Assembly: GCA_903834195.1 (NCBI GenBank)
Contig: CAILIB010000037.1
Location: forward strand, 19 to 64,018
Direction of reading: 5' to 3'
DNA: 64,000 bases
Source: an uncultured Candidatus Berkelbacteria bacterium
GTDB lineage: Bacteria > Patescibacteriota > UBA1384 > CAILIB01
Below, piece by piece: positions 61,754 to 64,000 of the stretch. A program made the position numbers and the translations under genes. The stretch's first letter is position 1, and each line of letters opens with the position of its first letter. A model generated the notes under the pieces. It ran no database searches, was not told where the DNA came from, and saw only the letters and a list, made by a program, of their open reading frames with translations.

Positions 61754-63849
61754 TGAAACACCTTACTAAGTTATTTCTACAGGTATTGGGGTTGGTTTTT
61801 GTAGTAGGTATTTCAGCTCATTCTGCATTTGCCGCCCCCGGCGGTGGTGGAGGTGGAGGTGGAGGTGGAGGTGGTTTGGGTGGCGGCGGTTTGGGTGGCG
61901 GTGGAACACTTATCACAATTACCAGTGGTGGTTCTTCAAACCCCGTAGTCCTTTCGGATTTTCCATCTTTAGGTGCAAGTAATCGTCAGGCTGTTCTGAC
62001 CTATACACTCGATCCGTCATTGACTGCGTGTAAACGCTTAGCGATTTCTTCAGCTGTTGCAGGGGTTACGATCAATGCGAGTGGTGTTGGTGGGGCAGGG
62101 GCAGACCTTGCGCTTGCTGCAGGAGTTGCGACTAACGAAACATTTACATTCTCACTGTCGCAGTTTGCAGTACAAACAGATAGCGTTGGATTTAATGTTA
62201 CGGTTAGCTGTAGTGGTGGAAATGTGAACTCACTTTCTATTATTCTAAGTCGTATTCCAGGTGTCCAAGTTACCGTGAATGGTGGGCAACAAGATATTGT
62301 AACCTCAGTATCAGTGCCAACTTCAGGTTCAATTACTCAGAGTTTTACTTTGGGATATCAAATGCTTGGTCTTGCTACTAACTGTACCCGACTAGGGATT
62401 GATCCTAGTTTAGATGCACTTGGTGTTGGAATTAGTTCCAACCTAACTACTCCAGTTATTATTGACTCTGTTTCACAAGAAACACTAACCCTTACATTTA
62501 CTCCAGGAGCATTGGCAGCAAGTTATAGTATTGCAGTGAATGTATCTTGTGTATTACCAGCAAGTGGAGGTACAGCTGCACGTCAAATTACTCCTAATTA
62601 CCGTCGTATTATTACCTTAAATAATGGCTTGAGTTTAGGGATAAGCATGACAGATCCGCTAACAGGGGCGATTATTTCGGGGAGTACAACGGTAAATACT
62701 GTGCCAGTAGTTGGAACATATTCTGCTGTGTTTCCTCTTACATACTCAATTTCTTCAGGGGCAACAAACTGCCGTCGTCTACCAGTTGCTACACCTCCAA
62801 CTGGGGTTGAACTTTCTTCAAGTAGTTCGCAGCATGATAGTTTAATGTTACAGAGACGGGACTTATCAACTGTTCGTCGTGAGGATGTAACTGTGTACTA
62901 TTTAAATCCAACTGCTCCGCTGAGTTACACCTTAGTTGTGACAGTGGCGTGTGATAATACAACGCCAACACAACAGAGTTTTGCGATTACGCTTAACCGA
63001 CAACAGGCGTCATCTGGGGCAAGTATTCATCTGTCCTATAATGGTCACGACAGTGCAAATGGAGTACTTAACGATAGTTCACTCCTTGCATTACCAGGTG
63101 GTGTAGCAGTACAGCGAAACTTTCAAATTGATTGGACAATTCCAATAGGTGCAACTGGATGTAGCGTGTATCGTGAAGACATGAACTCTCCTACACTTGG
63201 GGTTGGAACTGGTCCACAGGCACCGGTAAACCCAGCGCTTTCACAGGGGTCTGATCCATATTCGTATACTGGATTGGCTGTGACAACGAGTGGGTTAAAT
63301 GCTAACTTTGTCATAAGTTTTTCAGCAGCTGAACTTGCAGTTCCAGGTGCCTATACCATGCGGTATGCTGTGTATTGTTCGAGTGATCCTAATTTGTATG
63401 ATTCAGTTCAAGTTGCATTTGCCCGAACATTGGGTCTGAGTGATGTTGCGAGTGGGTGTGTGAATGGAACGCAAGTGACTATTACTTCTCCTACAACAGT
63501 GTCTGGGGCAAAGCCTGCAATAGTTCCTACATCAACATCTGCATTGCAAAGTATTGCGCAAGCTACAAAAACATTTGGAGTATTAGCTCAACCAGTCGCT
63601 TCACCTGTCCCTGCGTATATAAATACTGACCCAACGATTGTTGACTATACACCTCCAACGGTGCCTGCAAACTTGCCAATAGTTACTGCAGGAACGTGCG
63701 GTGGCGGAACCGGTGGGACCGGTGGAACGGGCGGAACCGGTGGGTCTGGCGGAGGTGGTGGAGGTGGTGGAACTGGTGTAACAAACACAACTGTACTTCC
63801 ATCTTCAGGATGGGATTACGCCGGTGGAAGTCGTCGCTGGAGTCTTTAA
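61753..63849 (+). CDS. Secreted protein with poly-Gly linkers and four Cys-paired beta-sandwich repeats
   Basis: Signal peptide ending SAFA; Gly tracts near both ends; repeated L.Y......T.C.RL ... V.V.C pattern. Confidence 0.75.
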   Translation: MKHLTKLFLQVLGLVFVVGISAHSAFAAPGGGGGGGGGGGGLGGGGLGGGGTLITITSGGSSNPVVLSDFPSLGASNRQAVLTYTLDPSLTACKRLAISSAVAGVTINASGVGGAGADLALAAGVATNETFTFSLSQFAVQTDSVGFNVTVSCSGGNVNSLSIILSRIPGVQVTVNGGQQDIVTSVSVPTSGSITQSFTLGYQMLGLATNCTRLGIDPSLDALGVGISSNLTTPVIIDSVSQETLTLTFTPGALAASYSIAVNVSCVLPASGGTAARQITPNYRRIITLNNGLSLGISMTDPLTGAIISGSTTVNTVPVVGTYSAVFPLTYSISSGATNCRRLPVATPPTGVELSSSSSQHDSLMLQRRDLSTVRREDVTVYYLNPTAPLSYTLVVTVACDNTTPTQQSFAITLNRQQASSGASIHLSYNGHDSANGVLNDSSLLALPGGVAVQRNFQIDWTIPIGATGCSVYREDMNSPTLGVGTGPQAPVNPALSQGSDPYSYTGLAVTTSGLNANFVISFSAAELAVPGAYTMRYAVYCSSDPNLYDSVQVAFARTLGLSDVASGCVNGTQVTITSPTTVSGAKPAIVPTSTSALQSIAQATKTFGVLAQPVASPVPAYINTDPTIVDYTPPTVPANLPIVTAGTCGGGTGGTGGTGGTGGSGGGGGGGGTGVTNTTVLPSSGWDYAGGSRRWSL

Positions 63850-63859
63850 TCTGAGTGAG

Positions 63860-63889
63860 AAAATAGACTGTCCTCGGGCAGTCTATTTT
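63860..63889. terminator. Intrinsic terminator
   Basis: AAAATAGACTG/CAGTCTATTTT. Confidence 0.75.
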
Positions 63890-63948
63890 ATGTACTAGTC
63901 CAAACGTTAAATCCAGGCTACACTGGCAGAACTTGATAAAAATATTGT

Positions 63949-64000
63949 ATGCCGACTCTTCGCGAACAAGCTGCTGATTTACCCATAGAACCAGGTGTAT
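63949..64000 (+). CDS. uvrC: Partial CDS, probably the N-terminus of UvrC (GIY-YIG); runs off the window
   Basis: MPTLREQAADLPIEPGVY contains the LP..PGVY motif. Confidence 0.6.
   Translation, partial: MPTLREQAADLPIEPGV

Overview
Bacterial chromosomal window using genetic code 11 (TGA is a stop), with most genes on the + strand. It is inferred to come from a reduced Patescibacteria (CPR)-type genome. The basis for this is short EF-Ts, ProRS and MiaA, no pyrH between tsf and frr, almost no biosynthetic genes, ComEA, and a pilin-like surface protein. Translation genes: rpsF-ssb-rpsR-efp, rsmA, rsmI, metG, mnmA, miaA, gatC/A/B, rpmE-prfA-prmC, rpsB-tsf-frr, proS and tRNA-Leu(UAG). DNA genes: a Xer recombinase, pcrA/uvrD, tatD, recG, ligA and the start of a uvrC-like gene. 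Envelope genes: ftsEX, an S41 protease, lemA-htpX, HtrA, RseP and two MacB-type ABC systems. Several orphan secreted or membrane genes are also present. No transposase, phage gene, rRNA or CRISPR array was seen. The most unusual signals are non-coding: (1) a ~700-bp cluster of structured, terminator-bounded putative RNAs next to the Xer gene (3573-4252), one carrying an exposed anti-Shine-Dalgarno seed; (2) a dispersed REP-like hairpin family, including a tandem hairpin array at 1-279; (3) one family member sitting in the ftsE/ftsX junction and encoding a 30-codon ORF that overlaps both the ftsE stop and the ftsX start; (4) a structured element behind tRNA-Leu built from degenerate copies of the tRNA 3' end; (5) pervasive leaderless promoter architecture. 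All product calls come from recognising motifs by eye; no database searches were run.
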